A stretch of 52,349 nucleotides of DNA from a virus (Duplodnaviria > Heunggongvirae > Uroviricota > Caudoviricetes): positions 1-52,349 of the IMG/VR virus record IMGVR_UViG_3300037311_000024; one strand, given 5' to 3'. Made by a program: the position numbers and the translations under genes. Below the pieces are notes generated by a model that was not told where the DNA came from, made no database searches, and saw nothing but the letters and a program-made list of their open reading frames with translations. Shown here one piece after another: positions 35,220-44,663 of the stretch (positions within the stretch are counted from its first letter, which is position 1; every line of letters begins with the position of its first letter).

Positions 35220-36890
35220 TTACGCTCCTGGTACCAGCAAGGTGTCGCCGTACTTCTTGACTCCGTCGGCTGTGTTAGCGTCTACGTACGGAGCTTTCAG
35301 CTTGTTCAAGATCACAAGCTCAACCCACCGGGAAGCGTCGTTAAGTTCTCGAGCAGCGATGCGCTCAAGGGTGTCGTTCTGGCGGATGCGAACCTGGCGC
35401 ACGGTTGCGGGTTTTGTGATGTTGAAGAAGTTCTGATTCACCACTCCACCTGAAGAGAAGGCTTCGTTGGCTTCGTCGTACGACGACTCTACGTCGCTCT
35501 GGAATGACTCGTTGGTGGCGAGTACTTGGTTGAGCGAATCGGTCATGTTCTGCATGTTACCTAAGATCAAGAACTCATCGTCGCTTACGTTCTTGAGAGG
35601 ACCTGGATCTTCGGTGATCGTACGACCCTTAATCTGGTTGTACAGAGGGTCAGACATGTTAAAAGAGTCTGCCAGCTGATCGGTAAGAGAGCGCATAGAA
35701 TTCCTAGTGTTAGCTACGAACTCTCTGGGAATGGTTACTCTAGAGTCAGAGTCTAACTGAGACTGAACCCGAGTAGCTTGCTTTGAACTCTCGGCAGCAG
35801 AGCGGGCTGCGTCTGAGGAGTTGAACGTGGTCGACGCAGAGTTCGTATCTCCGAACTCGCGGATGCCAGCGATCGTAGAGGTGAAGTTTCTCCACAAGGT
35901 TTCAGGAAGAGACATCACGGTGGTAACCCCGTCAGAGAGGTCTGCCAGAGCAAATTGAAGTTGTCGGAGCGGGCCGTTGACCGTACCGTCAACCGCTTGA
36001 AAAGTCTTCTGAAAAGCTGTAGACGTCGCGTTGATAGCTGCTCTGCCTTGTTGTAGACCTGCAGATAAATTAGCGGATACGTTACCAATTTGTTGAAGAA
36101 TATCTGGTCCGGACTCAGTAGATACCGTCCGGGCAAAAGCGCCGTCGAAGGTTCCTATGCACTTCAGGACGATGTTGTACTGATAGGTGAGCGGAGACTT
36201 TGAGCTACGCTCCATCGTAAACTCAAGAGGTTCTACGATCAGGTCTTGGTTATCCTTCTCGTTTATGAACACGAGCATTCGGTTGCCGTTGTTGGCGACC
36301 TTATCATGCGCGTACTTTAAGAAGAACTGTCGTAGGAACAAAAACTCCTGGTAACCCGAGATGGTAGATACGCCGCTCTTTCTAGATAAGCCGGTCTGAT
36401 CATCAACCCCACCCGGCTCACTTGGGGCTTTGGTGATGGGAAAGTTGATCTGAGCGCCAGCGTAGGAAGCTCTCTCTCCGGGGAATACTCCGGTGGTTCC
36501 TTTGATCACGATGTCCTTGAACACGACGCCTTCAGACTCCACCAAGATACCCTTACGAGTAGCGGTGATGTTCGTAGCAAAGTTTTCTTTTTGGGTGATG
36601 GACTGAGGAGGGATGTCTAGGAAGTACACTTCGCTTCCGGCCTGAAGACCGTTGTTCTTGTCCACGGTCACGATGGCAAACCCGTAGCGAAGCTTGCCTT
36701 TACCGTTTCCTTTAGTGTTTCCTACCCAGTTCTGGGTCTCAAGACGCTTTACGCCGCCGTATTCTTTGCGGACAAGTACGTTGGTCAGCTGGGTCTTAGC
36801 CGAGCTGCCTGAGTTCTTTCCGAAGATCTGATTGAGGCTCTCCTTGAAATCTGATACGATGTTCCGGAGATTTCCGATTGTAAACGCCAT
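35220..36890 (-). CDS. Tail tube initiator / LysM-domain baseplate protein
   Basis: N-terminal PPQSIT...IVIKGTTG domain and C-terminal LysM-like QNDTLERIAARELNDASRWVELVILNKL...GDTLLVP. Confidence 0.7.
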   Translation of the reverse strand: MAFTIGNLRNIVSDFKESLNQIFGKNSGSSAKTQLTNVLVRKEYGGVKRLETQNWVGNTKGNGKGKLRYGFAIVTVDKNNGLQAGSEVYFLDIPPQSITQKENFATNITATRKGILVESEGVVFKDIVIKGTTGVFPGERASYAGAQINFPITKAPSEPGGVDDQTGLSRKSGVSTISGYQEFLFLRQFFLKYAHDKVANNGNRMLVFINEKDNQDLIVEPLEFTMERSSKSPLTYQYNIVLKCIGTFDGAFARTVSTESGPDILQQIGNVSANLSAGLQQGRAAINATSTAFQKTFQAVDGTVNGPLRQLQFALADLSDGVTTVMSLPETLWRNFTSTIAGIREFGDTNSASTTFNSSDAARSAAESSKQATRVQSQLDSDSRVTIPREFVANTRNSMRSLTDQLADSFNMSDPLYNQIKGRTITEDPGPLKNVSDDEFLILGNMQNMTDSLNQVLATNESFQSDVESSYDEANEAFSSGGVVNQNFFNITKPATVRQVRIRQNDTLERIAARELNDASRWVELVILNKLKAPYVDANTADGVKKYGDTLLVPGA

Positions 36891-36918
36891 CTTGTTCCTA
36901 TTCTTATTCTTAAGCTAC

Positions 36919-36927
36919 ATTATACCT
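36919..36927 (-). promoter_or_regulatory. -10 element AGGTATAAT with TAAGAATAAGAATAG leader
   Basis: TATAAT at 36919-36924 and AAGAATAAG at 36903-36911. Confidence 0.6.
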
Positions 36928-36931
36928 CAGG

Positions 36932-38155
36932 TTACGGAAGGATTCCGTTCAAGGAAGCGATCTGAGAGGTGATCGATGCAGACAAGTTAGTAAGCACGGT
37001 CTGTACGTTCTGCGCGTTCGACAGAGCCCGCAAAGAGCCTTTTACGGTGTCTCCTCTACTGTTCGCGGTGTTGTACCTTGCGTCGTAGTAGTTCTCTGTT
37101 TGACCGGTGTAAGCGGTTATGATCTGTGTTATCCGAGTATTTAAGTAGGTTGTTCTGTTGGATCGCTCTGTAGTTACCGAGGCTAGACCTACGTTGGAGA
37201 TGTCGGTCGTAAGCAGATAGTTGTTGATGAAGGTCTGAGCCGCTATAGCGTTGGTCTTTGCTGTGTTGATGTCGGCTACTCCGTCCGGATCTTCGTTAGT
37301 ATTGAGCGCGGTAATCTGTGCTGCGAGCGTAGGGAGTCTGGCGTTGAGAGGAGCTTCCAGCTTGCTGATCAGCGTGTTCATGATGGGTTGAAGGTTAGGG
37401 TCAGACGCAACCTTAGCGGAGCGCTCAGGGTTCGTAAATCCGGTGAAGCCAGCGAGTATGGTGCTGCCTGAGGCTATGGTTGAGGCTGGTGCGATCATCA
37501 TCTGAATCGTGAGCGTATAGGTGTACGGGGGTGGTGTTCCCATCCCTGCGGTTGCTGTCAACACCTTAACGACCGCAGCGTTAGTTCCTCCGTCATGTAC
37601 TACGATGACGTCGCCCGCAGTGACTACCATAGGACCTGTCGAGTCGCTTAGATCTAGCGTGGTTGACGTTGGGGTCAAGGCCGTAGATGTCTGGGACGTA
37701 AGTGTTACCGTGGGCAGGGTTCCTGCTACGCCTGTCTGTAGGTACGTGATCCACGGCTCCTCGTCTGTGAGGTGTTGGAGTTCGTTGAGCGGATCTAATC
37801 CCGTGTATGCTGTTCCGTCAAACTCGGCGATCCTTATGATAGCGGTTGCAGGTGGTGTGGGCACGAGTCTTCCCGTAGGAGGGCTTGCCGCTACGTTTAA
37901 GATGTCGGTCTCGGTAATCGGAGCAACGATGAAACTTCCGTTTATGGCTTTACGCTCCGCATCATACTTGCCGATCACGTTGACGTTGTACCAAGCAAAC
38001 AGATCTTTGAAGGCGTTATCGATCAGCTGCTTCTGCGCGATGATGGGTCCTTGAGCTGCGGCTGAGTCTACGAGCGAAGCTTGCTGATTGGTCAGAGCGG
38101 CTATCTCTGCCTGAATTGCTGCCTGTTGTGGTAGGGTTGGTGTTGGTTTTGCCAT
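36932..38155 (-). CDS. Hypothetical virion protein (407 aa)
   Basis: Thr/Ala-rich; helical ends flank a central beta region; it lies within the baseplate cluster. Confidence 0.65.
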   Translation of the reverse strand: MAKPTPTLPQQAAIQAEIAALTNQQASLVDSAAAQGPIIAQKQLIDNAFKDLFAWYNVNVIGKYDAERKAINGSFIVAPITETDILNVAASPPTGRLVPTPPATAIIRIAEFDGTAYTGLDPLNELQHLTDEEPWITYLQTGVAGTLPTVTLTSQTSTALTPTSTTLDLSDSTGPMVVTAGDVIVVHDGGTNAAVVKVLTATAGMGTPPPYTYTLTIQMMIAPASTIASGSTILAGFTGFTNPERSAKVASDPNLQPIMNTLISKLEAPLNARLPTLAAQITALNTNEDPDGVADINTAKTNAIAAQTFINNYLLTTDISNVGLASVTTERSNRTTYLNTRITQIITAYTGQTENYYDARYNTANSRGDTVKGSLRALSNAQNVQTVLTNLSASITSQIASLNGILP

Positions 38156-38157
38156 AG

Positions 38158-39231
38158 TTACGACTTAATCTTCACCGTTGTACTTAGTAGGCTAACTGGA
38201 GGCGGAACTAGTGGAGGAGACGTAGGAGCAGGTACTGGACCGCCGTCGCCCATGTGCGTGTGGGAAGTAAGCCATGAGATGAGTTGGGGACCAAGTGCAG
38301 CGAGTGCTGAAGCTCCGGTTCCTACGTCTACGAGGTTTCCGTCGAGTTTGATCTTCCCGCTAGCCCCGTCGATCTCGATCTTAGTTGCTCCAGCTTCAAG
38401 AGTGATCTTGTTTGATCCGTCGATGGTTACCTTAGTACCACCTGTAGTCTCCATCACGACCTTGTCTGCTGCGGCATCTATGGTCATCTTAGTGCCGTCG
38501 CCCGACTGCATCAAGATCTTGGGTGCGTTTCGATCCATCTCAAGTTTGTTCTTGACCGTACCGTCTTGCTCTTGTGAGATGATGATCTTTTTGCCGGTAT
38601 TATCCAGCTTGATCGTGTTCTTCTCTTTATCGTTCAAGATGAAGTTTCCGTCCTTGTCAAACTTCACGACGCTGAGAACTTTGTCCTTGTTCTTAAGCTT
38701 TCCGTCTGGAGAACGAGGGCTTTGTTGAGTAAGGATTAGTTGACCGTCTTTGTCGATCTCCCACTGAACTCCTCTGAACTCTCCTTTAAGCCTGATGCCG
38801 TCAGCCTTCTTTGCTCCGTCACGTTTAGGATGTTGAATGGCTGTGAGGATGAACGGCTTGTCTTTGCTGCCGTCTACGAAGGCTACGATGACGATGGTTC
38901 CGTTCTTGTTCTTGAAGATGTTAGAGGCGTCAAGTTTTCCAGAGAACGCAAACTCCGTCGCCTCGAGGACTACTTCCTCATAGTCGTTCGTTCCTCCTAG
39001 CGAAGCCGCTAGGGTCAAGTTCCTCAGAGTACTGAAACCGCCGTGGCCGTCTTTCACTACCACGTCATATTCTACGAACTTCTTCGACAAGTTAGACGAG
39101 TCATCGCAAAAGTGTACCTTCACAACTTGGCCGATGGCCAAGCGAAGACCCTGATCGTAGATGTTTCCTGACCCTTGCGTTGAGCCTGGTTCAAAATAGG
39201 AGGATGCTATGGAACCGTCACGATTCTTCAC
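38158..39231 (-). CDS. Baseplate central spike (gpV/gp138/VgrG-like)
   Basis: OB-fold-like N-terminus (IGQVVKVHF...IVIVAFVDG), a long beta-helix repeat, and a terminal HTH (His-Thr-His) metal-binding apex followed by PTSPP. Confidence 0.85.
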   Translation of the reverse strand: MKNRDGSIASSYFEPGSTQGSGNIYDQGLRLAIGQVVKVHFCDDSSNLSKKFVEYDVVVKDGHGGFSTLRNLTLAASLGGTNDYEEVVLEATEFAFSGKLDASNIFKNKNGTIVIVAFVDGSKDKPFILTAIQHPKRDGAKKADGIRLKGEFRGVQWEIDKDGQLILTQQSPRSPDGKLKNKDKVLSVVKFDKDGNFILNDKEKNTIKLDNTGKKIIISQEQDGTVKNKLEMDRNAPKILMQSGDGTKMTIDAAADKVVMETTGGTKVTIDGSNKITLEAGATKIEIDGASGKIKLDGNLVDVGTGASALAALGPQLISWLTSHTHMGDGGPVPAPTSPPLVPPPVSLLSTTVKIKS

Positions 39232-40952
39232 TATCTACCTCCCTTGTTTGGATCTTGATTTCTGGTAGGAACGAAGCTAGTAACCACGGTAGTAGGATCG
39301 CGAGAGTCATCTGCCGCGATGAAGGTAGCCACTTTTCCGTTGTATTGCTGTCCTCTGGTCACACGAAGTTCGGTCGTATAAGAAGTAGCACCGCTTGAAG
39401 AAACAGTGTAGGTATGAGTGTAGCCTTCGATGTGATAAAGCTGCTGGACGTCTGAGATGTAGACGTTATCTCCTACACCCACGAAAGAGTCTACGCCGTC
39501 GATCACGATGCTTCCGTTATACAGGTTATGCGCTAAGAAAAAGCAGTCAGCTAGGAGATCTACCGTAAACTTGATCATGTTACGAATCGTATCCTGGCTA
39601 CTACCCAGTACGTACGGAGTTTGGGTTTGAAAGGTCTTGAGTCCGTACCTTTGCACTGAAGGTGGATTAGTCGCTGTCATGAACAGCGTGGCGTAATCCT
39701 TTTGGGTGATCCTAGGAGTCGCGATGATGAAGTTGATCCGTTCATGATCGCTCTTTCCCACGTTCTTAGTAAGGATGTCTGTGCTTTTGATCTTGAGCTG
39801 AGGAAGATCAACAAAGTGCGTCTTGTCCGAATCAGACACTGAACTCTTAGAACTTCCGGCCCTGAACGGATTCGTAGCGTGAGTTGTACGATTAGAAAAC
39901 GGTAGCTGACGATGTACGAGCCCTAGCTGAAGCTTGTTTCCTACAGGAATAAGTTCCGTATAAAGCTCGTTGGTCGCTTGGTTAGAAACATACTGAAGGA
40001 TAGACCAGATGGTTCCCGTCGATGGAAGCGAAAGAAATATGTTTTCGCCCTTGAGTCTACCGACTCCGTTGAACGTACCTCGCTGACACTTATGTAGTCC
40101 CACCCTGCTCTTGATGTCCAAAAGATCAAAAACAGAGTTACCCTTAGGCTTGTTCTTCAACTTTCCTTTGAACAAGTTGACTAGATCTTTAGGAACATAC
40201 CACTGTTCGTTTGCCAAAGACTTAGCTACGCCTTCTCCTTGCATGAAGAATTGTGTTGCACGTTTTACCATCTCGTCTGGTGATAAGGTTGATGATTTAG
40301 GTCCTGCGATCTTGGAGGAGTCTGATACCAGTCCTACTCCTAAAACCGTCTCTACTGCTTTGCTTAGTAGTGGATTGAAGAACACGTTGACGTCAAACAC
40401 CTTACCAAAACTTCGGCCCGTAACTATGAACTGTAGGGTAGGAGCCCCGTTTGGACTTTCCTGTTCTACCATACGGACGTTCTCTACGATGCCGATAAAT
40501 TTTAAGCCGCTCTTGGGGTCGTTAGAAGCAAGATCGCCGTCGGAGAGTTGTGAACTCTTCTTCATATATATGGCAACCCAGTCTCCGGTATTGATGGCGG
40601 AGGCGTAGTTTACGTCTTTGCTAGTGTTCTTTCCGCTGCGTAGTTCTTTTCCGCGCTTGATCACGATGGTGAACGAGCCGGAGATTCCTGACTTATCATT
40701 CGTTACCGTGCAGCTAGCGATGTCCTGTCGAACGATCATGACTCGATCAGTCTTCAAAGCTTCTGGAGTAGCAGCCAGTGCTCGACCTGCGATTGATTGA
40801 TCGTTGGCCGCGTCTAGGTTTACTATCTTTGCGATAGAAGGGTCATCGTACCGATAGAACACGGCAGCGCATGACGAGTTCTGTGACCGTATGATCGGCT
40901 TTACAGACTTTGAAGTAGGCCTAGAGTTGTTGTTAAACTCAAACTTAGGCAT
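39231..40952 (-). CDS. Baseplate hub protein (gp27-like)
   Basis: Position after the tape measure; GDWVAIY...GIVENVR...GRSFGKVF; C-terminal GSIVIDG...YHIEGYTH...ELRVTRG. Confidence 0.75.
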   Translation of the reverse strand: MPKFEFNNNSRPTSKSVKPIIRSQNSSCAAVFYRYDDPSIAKIVNLDAANDQSIAGRALAATPEALKTDRVMIVRQDIASCTVTNDKSGISGSFTIVIKRGKELRSGKNTSKDVNYASAINTGDWVAIYMKKSSQLSDGDLASNDPKSGLKFIGIVENVRMVEQESPNGAPTLQFIVTGRSFGKVFDVNVFFNPLLSKAVETVLGVGLVSDSSKIAGPKSSTLSPDEMVKRATQFFMQGEGVAKSLANEQWYVPKDLVNLFKGKLKNKPKGNSVFDLLDIKSRVGLHKCQRGTFNGVGRLKGENIFLSLPSTGTIWSILQYVSNQATNELYTELIPVGNKLQLGLVHRQLPFSNRTTHATNPFRAGSSKSSVSDSDKTHFVDLPQLKIKSTDILTKNVGKSDHERINFIIATPRITQKDYATLFMTATNPPSVQRYGLKTFQTQTPYVLGSSQDTIRNMIKFTVDLLADCFFLAHNLYNGSIVIDGVDSFVGVGDNVYISDVQQLYHIEGYTHTYTVSSSGATSYTTELRVTRGQQYNGKVATFIAADDSRDPTTVVTSFVPTRNQDPNKGGR

Positions 40953-40955
40953 CGA

Positions 40956-42944
40956 TTACCGTCCAGACGCTCTAACAGGTTGATACGACGAAGCGCCATA
41001 TCCTGTAGCTGCTGACATCTCGTTGAACCTATCTTGAGCAACTTTCAGATCAGAGATCATCTTAGTCATCTGAGCTGTCATCTGCTCGGCGATAGTTCCG
41101 AAGTTTTTAAGTCCTTGACTTGCGGACTCAGCGTTTCTGCTGAAAGACGCTACGTCTAGCTTAAACTCCTGAGAACCTTGGACCTGACCTTTAGCGTCAG
41201 CGATCTGTCCTGCTGCTCCTGCCATAGCTTGCGGGGTGATGACCCCGGCTTGAGCACGACGTGCGGCTAGTTCGTCTTGCATCGTAGTGCCTCGTTCTTG
41301 AGTCATGATGAAGCTAGCGGTGTTCTTATCTCCGATCATCCTGTCTGCGAGAGCCATCGCTTGATCTTGTTGTTTGAAGGCTTGTACTTGTTTTACGATG
41401 GTAGCGATGTCGGCGTTCTTACCTACTTCGCCAGTTCTCTGGCCTTCGGCTAAGATCGACTCGATATCTTCTGAAGTTGCGTTACTTTGAAGCTTGCTTA
41501 AGGCTAGAGTAGTTCCAGTTCCAAAGCCACCAGCGGACGCTCCGATCTGCTGTATGCCCATGATGTTAGCAGCACCTGCCAAACCTTCTACAGAGCTAGA
41601 CTGCTGTCTGAGCATGTCTGCATAACTCTGAGCCTGTCTCATGGTGATGTCGGTCACGTTACCGCCGCCGAAGCCTTGTGCTAAGGATGCGATCTGAGTT
41701 CCAGCTTGGTCGGTGTCAAGTCGCCCTAGTCCTACGGCACCTTGAACAAACTGATCCATAGTCTGAAGCATCTTGCCGGACTTACTTACGTCAAGACCTG
41801 CGGCTACACCTTTCTTGATGACCTCGGCTTGAGCTTGGGCTGCGGACCCGCGACTCATTCCAGAAGCTCCCGCCATAGTCTCGATGGCACTAGCGGTCGT
41901 TCCTGCGTCGATTCCTAAGAACCGCTGGTTGCCCATGATCTGGTCAAAAGACTCGGACGCTCCACGGTTTCCTAAAAACTGCCGTGCTTGGAGCATGGCC
42001 TGAAGGGTTTGATCACCGCTCATGCCATAAGCTTTTGCTCCGATCATCATCTGATCGGTCATGACGTCTGGAGATATTCCTCCACCAGCCATGAGTTGTT
42101 GGCGCATAGGAGATAGCGCTCTTGCTCGTTGCTCAGCGTCTGAGAGGAGTTGAACTTGTTCTTTGCTAAGCTCACCTTGGGCGTTCGAAACTCCAAAGAA
42201 AGAGGATAGACCACCGATGGCTGCGCCACCTACGCCACCTACCGCTCCGCCGATCAAAGCTCCAAGAGGTCCAAGAAAGCTACCTAAAGCAGCTCCGCCT
42301 TTCATGCCGAGTGCGCCGCCAGCTAGGGCTCCGCCGACTCCAGCAGCTCCTGCTAGTCCGTACTTATTTCTTCCGGATTCTCTGGCGATACCTTCAACAC
42401 CAAACCCAGCGTCTAGGTCTCGACTAAATCGGTTTTCTCTCTCCGCCATGGTTTGACGGATGTCTAGATAACTTTGAATACCTTGAACGACAGTAGCTCC
42501 GCCGCCTAAAGCTTTTAGAAATCCTCTGTTCTGCGAGAAGAAGCCTGAGCCTCCAGCTGATGGCGTTCCGCCTGAGCCGCCGCCTCCGGTTCCTCCAGAA
42601 GCTGGACTGCCTCCCATGTTCTGTACGACCATGTTGGCAACAAACATCTCCTTAACATGGATGCTGTTGATGCCTGACAGGTTAAAATCTTGTTTAGAAT
42701 TAGACGATGCTGGTTGTCCTGCTCCAGCCTTACCTCGAGGTACCCGAATTCCTTCAAGCTCTTTTTTGAGCTGCGCTCCAAACTCTTTTCCGATCTCCTT
42801 GACCGCGCTCTTAAGCTCGTTCATGGTTCCGCCATCTACGCTGAAAGAGCTTCCAAGCTCCTTCTTCATAAGAGCAAGCTGCTTCTTAAGCTCAGAATCG
42901 TCTAGCTTGGCGGAGAGTATTAAATTCTTACGAATATCTGCCAC
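40956..42944 (-). CDS. Tape measure protein (662 aa)
   Basis: Ala/Gly/Gln/Met-rich helical protein with a GxxG hydrophobic stretch, downstream of the tail chaperones. Confidence 0.75.
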   Translation of the reverse strand: MADIRKNLILSAKLDDSELKKQLALMKKELGSSFSVDGGTMNELKSAVKEIGKEFGAQLKKELEGIRVPRGKAGAGQPASSNSKQDFNLSGINSIHVKEMFVANMVVQNMGGSPASGGTGGGGSGGTPSAGGSGFFSQNRGFLKALGGGATVVQGIQSYLDIRQTMAERENRFSRDLDAGFGVEGIARESGRNKYGLAGAAGVGGALAGGALGMKGGAALGSFLGPLGALIGGAVGGVGGAAIGGLSSFFGVSNAQGELSKEQVQLLSDAEQRARALSPMRQQLMAGGGISPDVMTDQMMIGAKAYGMSGDQTLQAMLQARQFLGNRGASESFDQIMGNQRFLGIDAGTTASAIETMAGASGMSRGSAAQAQAEVIKKGVAAGLDVSKSGKMLQTMDQFVQGAVGLGRLDTDQAGTQIASLAQGFGGGNVTDITMRQAQSYADMLRQQSSSVEGLAGAANIMGIQQIGASAGGFGTGTTLALSKLQSNATSEDIESILAEGQRTGEVGKNADIATIVKQVQAFKQQDQAMALADRMIGDKNTASFIMTQERGTTMQDELAARRAQAGVITPQAMAGAAGQIADAKGQVQGSQEFKLDVASFSRNAESASQGLKNFGTIAEQMTAQMTKMISDLKVAQDRFNEMSAATGYGASSYQPVRASGR

Positions 42945-42948
42945 TTAG

Positions 42949-43359
42949 TTATCCCCCTTGCACCGACTTGAAATCGGTGTCGATCCTATCAGGCAAAGCT
43001 TCTGCTAGGTCGAGTTCTTCTCTTTCTTGTTCCTCGGCTTCAGCAACCATCTGATCCATCGGCTTGTAACCTTCGCCCATCTCGTGCTTAAGCCATTCTT
43101 CGTAATCTTCTTGACTAGATCCCACCGTAATCTCTTCGAGCACTGCGGGTTTGTCGTTGATCTCGTGCATCATCCTGAGCACAAGAAGTTCGTCTAAACG
43201 CATCCCCAGTAGACGTGGGTCGTTTGGGGTCGTATTAAACTTAAAACAAAACCAGTTAACCAGCACCTGCTGCAGCGAGTTGAGGTCGTTCGCTGTAGGG
43301 TTTAGCTGCTCGTAGGCAAGTTTAAGATACTGTTTTCTTAGATCTATTGGCTTGCTCAT
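42949..43359 (-). CDS. Tail assembly chaperone, second ORF
   Basis: Position between the first chaperone and the tape measure; acidic C-terminus. Confidence 0.6.
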   Translation of the reverse strand: MSKPIDLRKQYLKLAYEQLNPTANDLNSLQQVLVNWFCFKFNTTPNDPRLLGMRLDELLVLRMMHEINDKPAVLEEITVGSSQEDYEEWLKHEMGEGYKPMDQMVAEAEEQEREELDLAEALPDRIDTDFKSVQGG

Positions 43360-43720
43360 CCTTAGACTCGGTGGCCTTGTTGATCTTTTCTAGGCGCTCT
43401 TTTTCAAACTTGTTACATTCTCCCATGATCGCTAGTACGACGTTAACGTCATACATGTTCGCTCCAAAACCAGCTTCCTTCCACCAATCAGGATACTTGA
43501 TCAAAGTGTGCCGAAGTGTGGCTAGGATGTTGGTGATGATGGACGCGTCTTCGTCCAAAGCGGCTCCGCCTTTCATGAAGGCTTCCGTCTTGGCAATCTC
43601 GATGTTAGTACCTAGGGTAGGTCTAGCGTACGTGAAGCTGCCTTGAAACTGCTCGCCTGTGGACGAACCTTTCACGTTGATAGTGAACGAATGTTCTTGA
43701 GGGGGTAGTGCTGAGATCAT
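43322..43720 (-). CDS. Tail assembly chaperone
   Basis: First gene after the tube; pattern GEQFQGSFTYARPT...LRHTLIKYPDWW. Confidence 0.65.
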   Translation of the reverse strand: MISALPPQEHSFTINVKGSSTGEQFQGSFTYARPTLGTNIEIAKTEAFMKGGAALDEDASIITNILATLRHTLIKYPDWWKEAGFGANMYDVNVVLAIMGECNKFEKERLEKINKATESKDEQANRSKKTVS

Positions 43721-43754
43721 AATGGTTTCCTTTTATTCTTCTATTCTTACCACT

Positions 43755-43783
43755 ATCATACCACACACGTCAACCCCTGTAAA
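43755..43783 (-). promoter_or_regulatory. Sigma70-type promoter TTTACA-N17-TATGAT with TGn extension
   Basis: -35 at 43778-43783 (overlapping the terminator U-tract) and -10 at 43755-43760. Confidence 0.7.
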
Positions 43784-43820
43784 TAAGAAAGGGCCTCCCA
43801 GAGAACCCAGGAGACCCTTT
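43781..43820 (-). terminator. Intrinsic terminator after the tail tube gene
   Basis: Minus strand AAAGGGTCTCCTGG-GTTCT-CTGGGAGGCCCTTT forms a 14-bp stem with G:U pairs, followed by CTTATTT. Confidence 0.8.
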
Positions 43821-43887
43821 CACGGGAGGAGCGATGCGTACAGTTTGCTTGGAGAACCGAGCAAAGGAGCTATACGCGGGAGAAAAC

Positions 43888-44301
43888 TTAAGGTCCAGCT
43901 TCGGTAGACTGCTTGATACCGACAAACTGAAGAGTGAGCTGGGCCAAGCTACGAGCGTCGACTTGGAAGTCTTCTTGCGTACACTTGACTCGTTCGATCA
44001 AGAACAGGGTCTTCCCCGTGATCCGATCGATCAGTTCAGCGGTCAGTTCAGGCTGCGTAAGGATGTTTTGCAGCTTGGGACGAAGTCCTAGGCTGATAGC
44101 ATCCTGGTCGCTTACGCGGAACAGGGTGGCCGTGAAGTTCACGGTATACCCCGTCTCAGCGTATTCTGCTGGGGTTAGTTGGTCGAGCACGTCCACTGGT
44201 TGGTGGGCATGCGAAACCGTATAGTTGATCGCGTTAGCGAAGGCGACTTTTGCTCCGTTTACTCGGAAGACTACTCGTGCGCCGGTTGAAGTCAAACTCA
44301 T
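43888..44301 (-). CDS. Tail tube protein
   Basis: 137 aa, TGARVVFRVNG..VAFANAINY..; strong AAAGGAG RBS; downstream of the sheath. Confidence 0.88.
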   Translation of the reverse strand: MSLTSTGARVVFRVNGAKVAFANAINYTVSHAHQPVDVLDQLTPAEYAETGYTVNFTATLFRVSDQDAISLGLRPKLQNILTQPELTAELIDRITGKTLFLIERVKCTQEDFQVDARSLAQLTLQFVGIKQSTEAGP

Positions 44302-44362
44302 GTTCTTATCTCCTTTACAACCCTCTCATGAAACAGGGGAGGGGTTACGTTCTTTTTCCCTG

Positions 44363-44647
44363 TTATTCTTCGATCTCTTTCTCTACAGCCTCACCGCCGT
44401 CGTTACTACCCATCATAACATCAAGACCCTCGTCGAGTGCTTGAGAAACTTCAGTAGCGGCTACAGATTCAATCTTAGCCTTAGCTTCGGCTGCGAGCTT
44501 TTTACTTCCAAGCGCGATCTCCATCTTGCGCAACATAGTGCGGTCGATGGGTCCGTTAGAGTCCATAAGAGCTTCGAGACGGTCTGCGTCTCGCTTGCTA
44601 CCCATGGCTACAATCAACTCTTGTTTTGCTTTTTTAGAAAGTGGCAT
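44363..44647 (-). CDS. Hypothetical protein between sheath and tube
   Basis: 94 aa, charged and helical, with an acidic C-terminus. Confidence 0.7.
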   Translation of the reverse strand: MPLSKKAKQELIVAMGSKRDADRLEALMDSNGPIDRTMLRKMEIALGSKKLAAEAKAKIESVAATEVSQALDEGLDVMMGSNDGGEAVEKEIEE

Positions 44648-44663
44648 CTAATCCCCCTAATCC

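Noticed and set aside
42949-43720. Lambda G/GT-type -1 programmed frameshift between the tail chaperones
   Set aside because: The second ORF is in the +1/-2 frame, is open only about 30 nt upstream of its own ATG, and I found no X-XXY-YYZ heptamer in that stretch. A non-canonical shift is not excluded but is unsupported.
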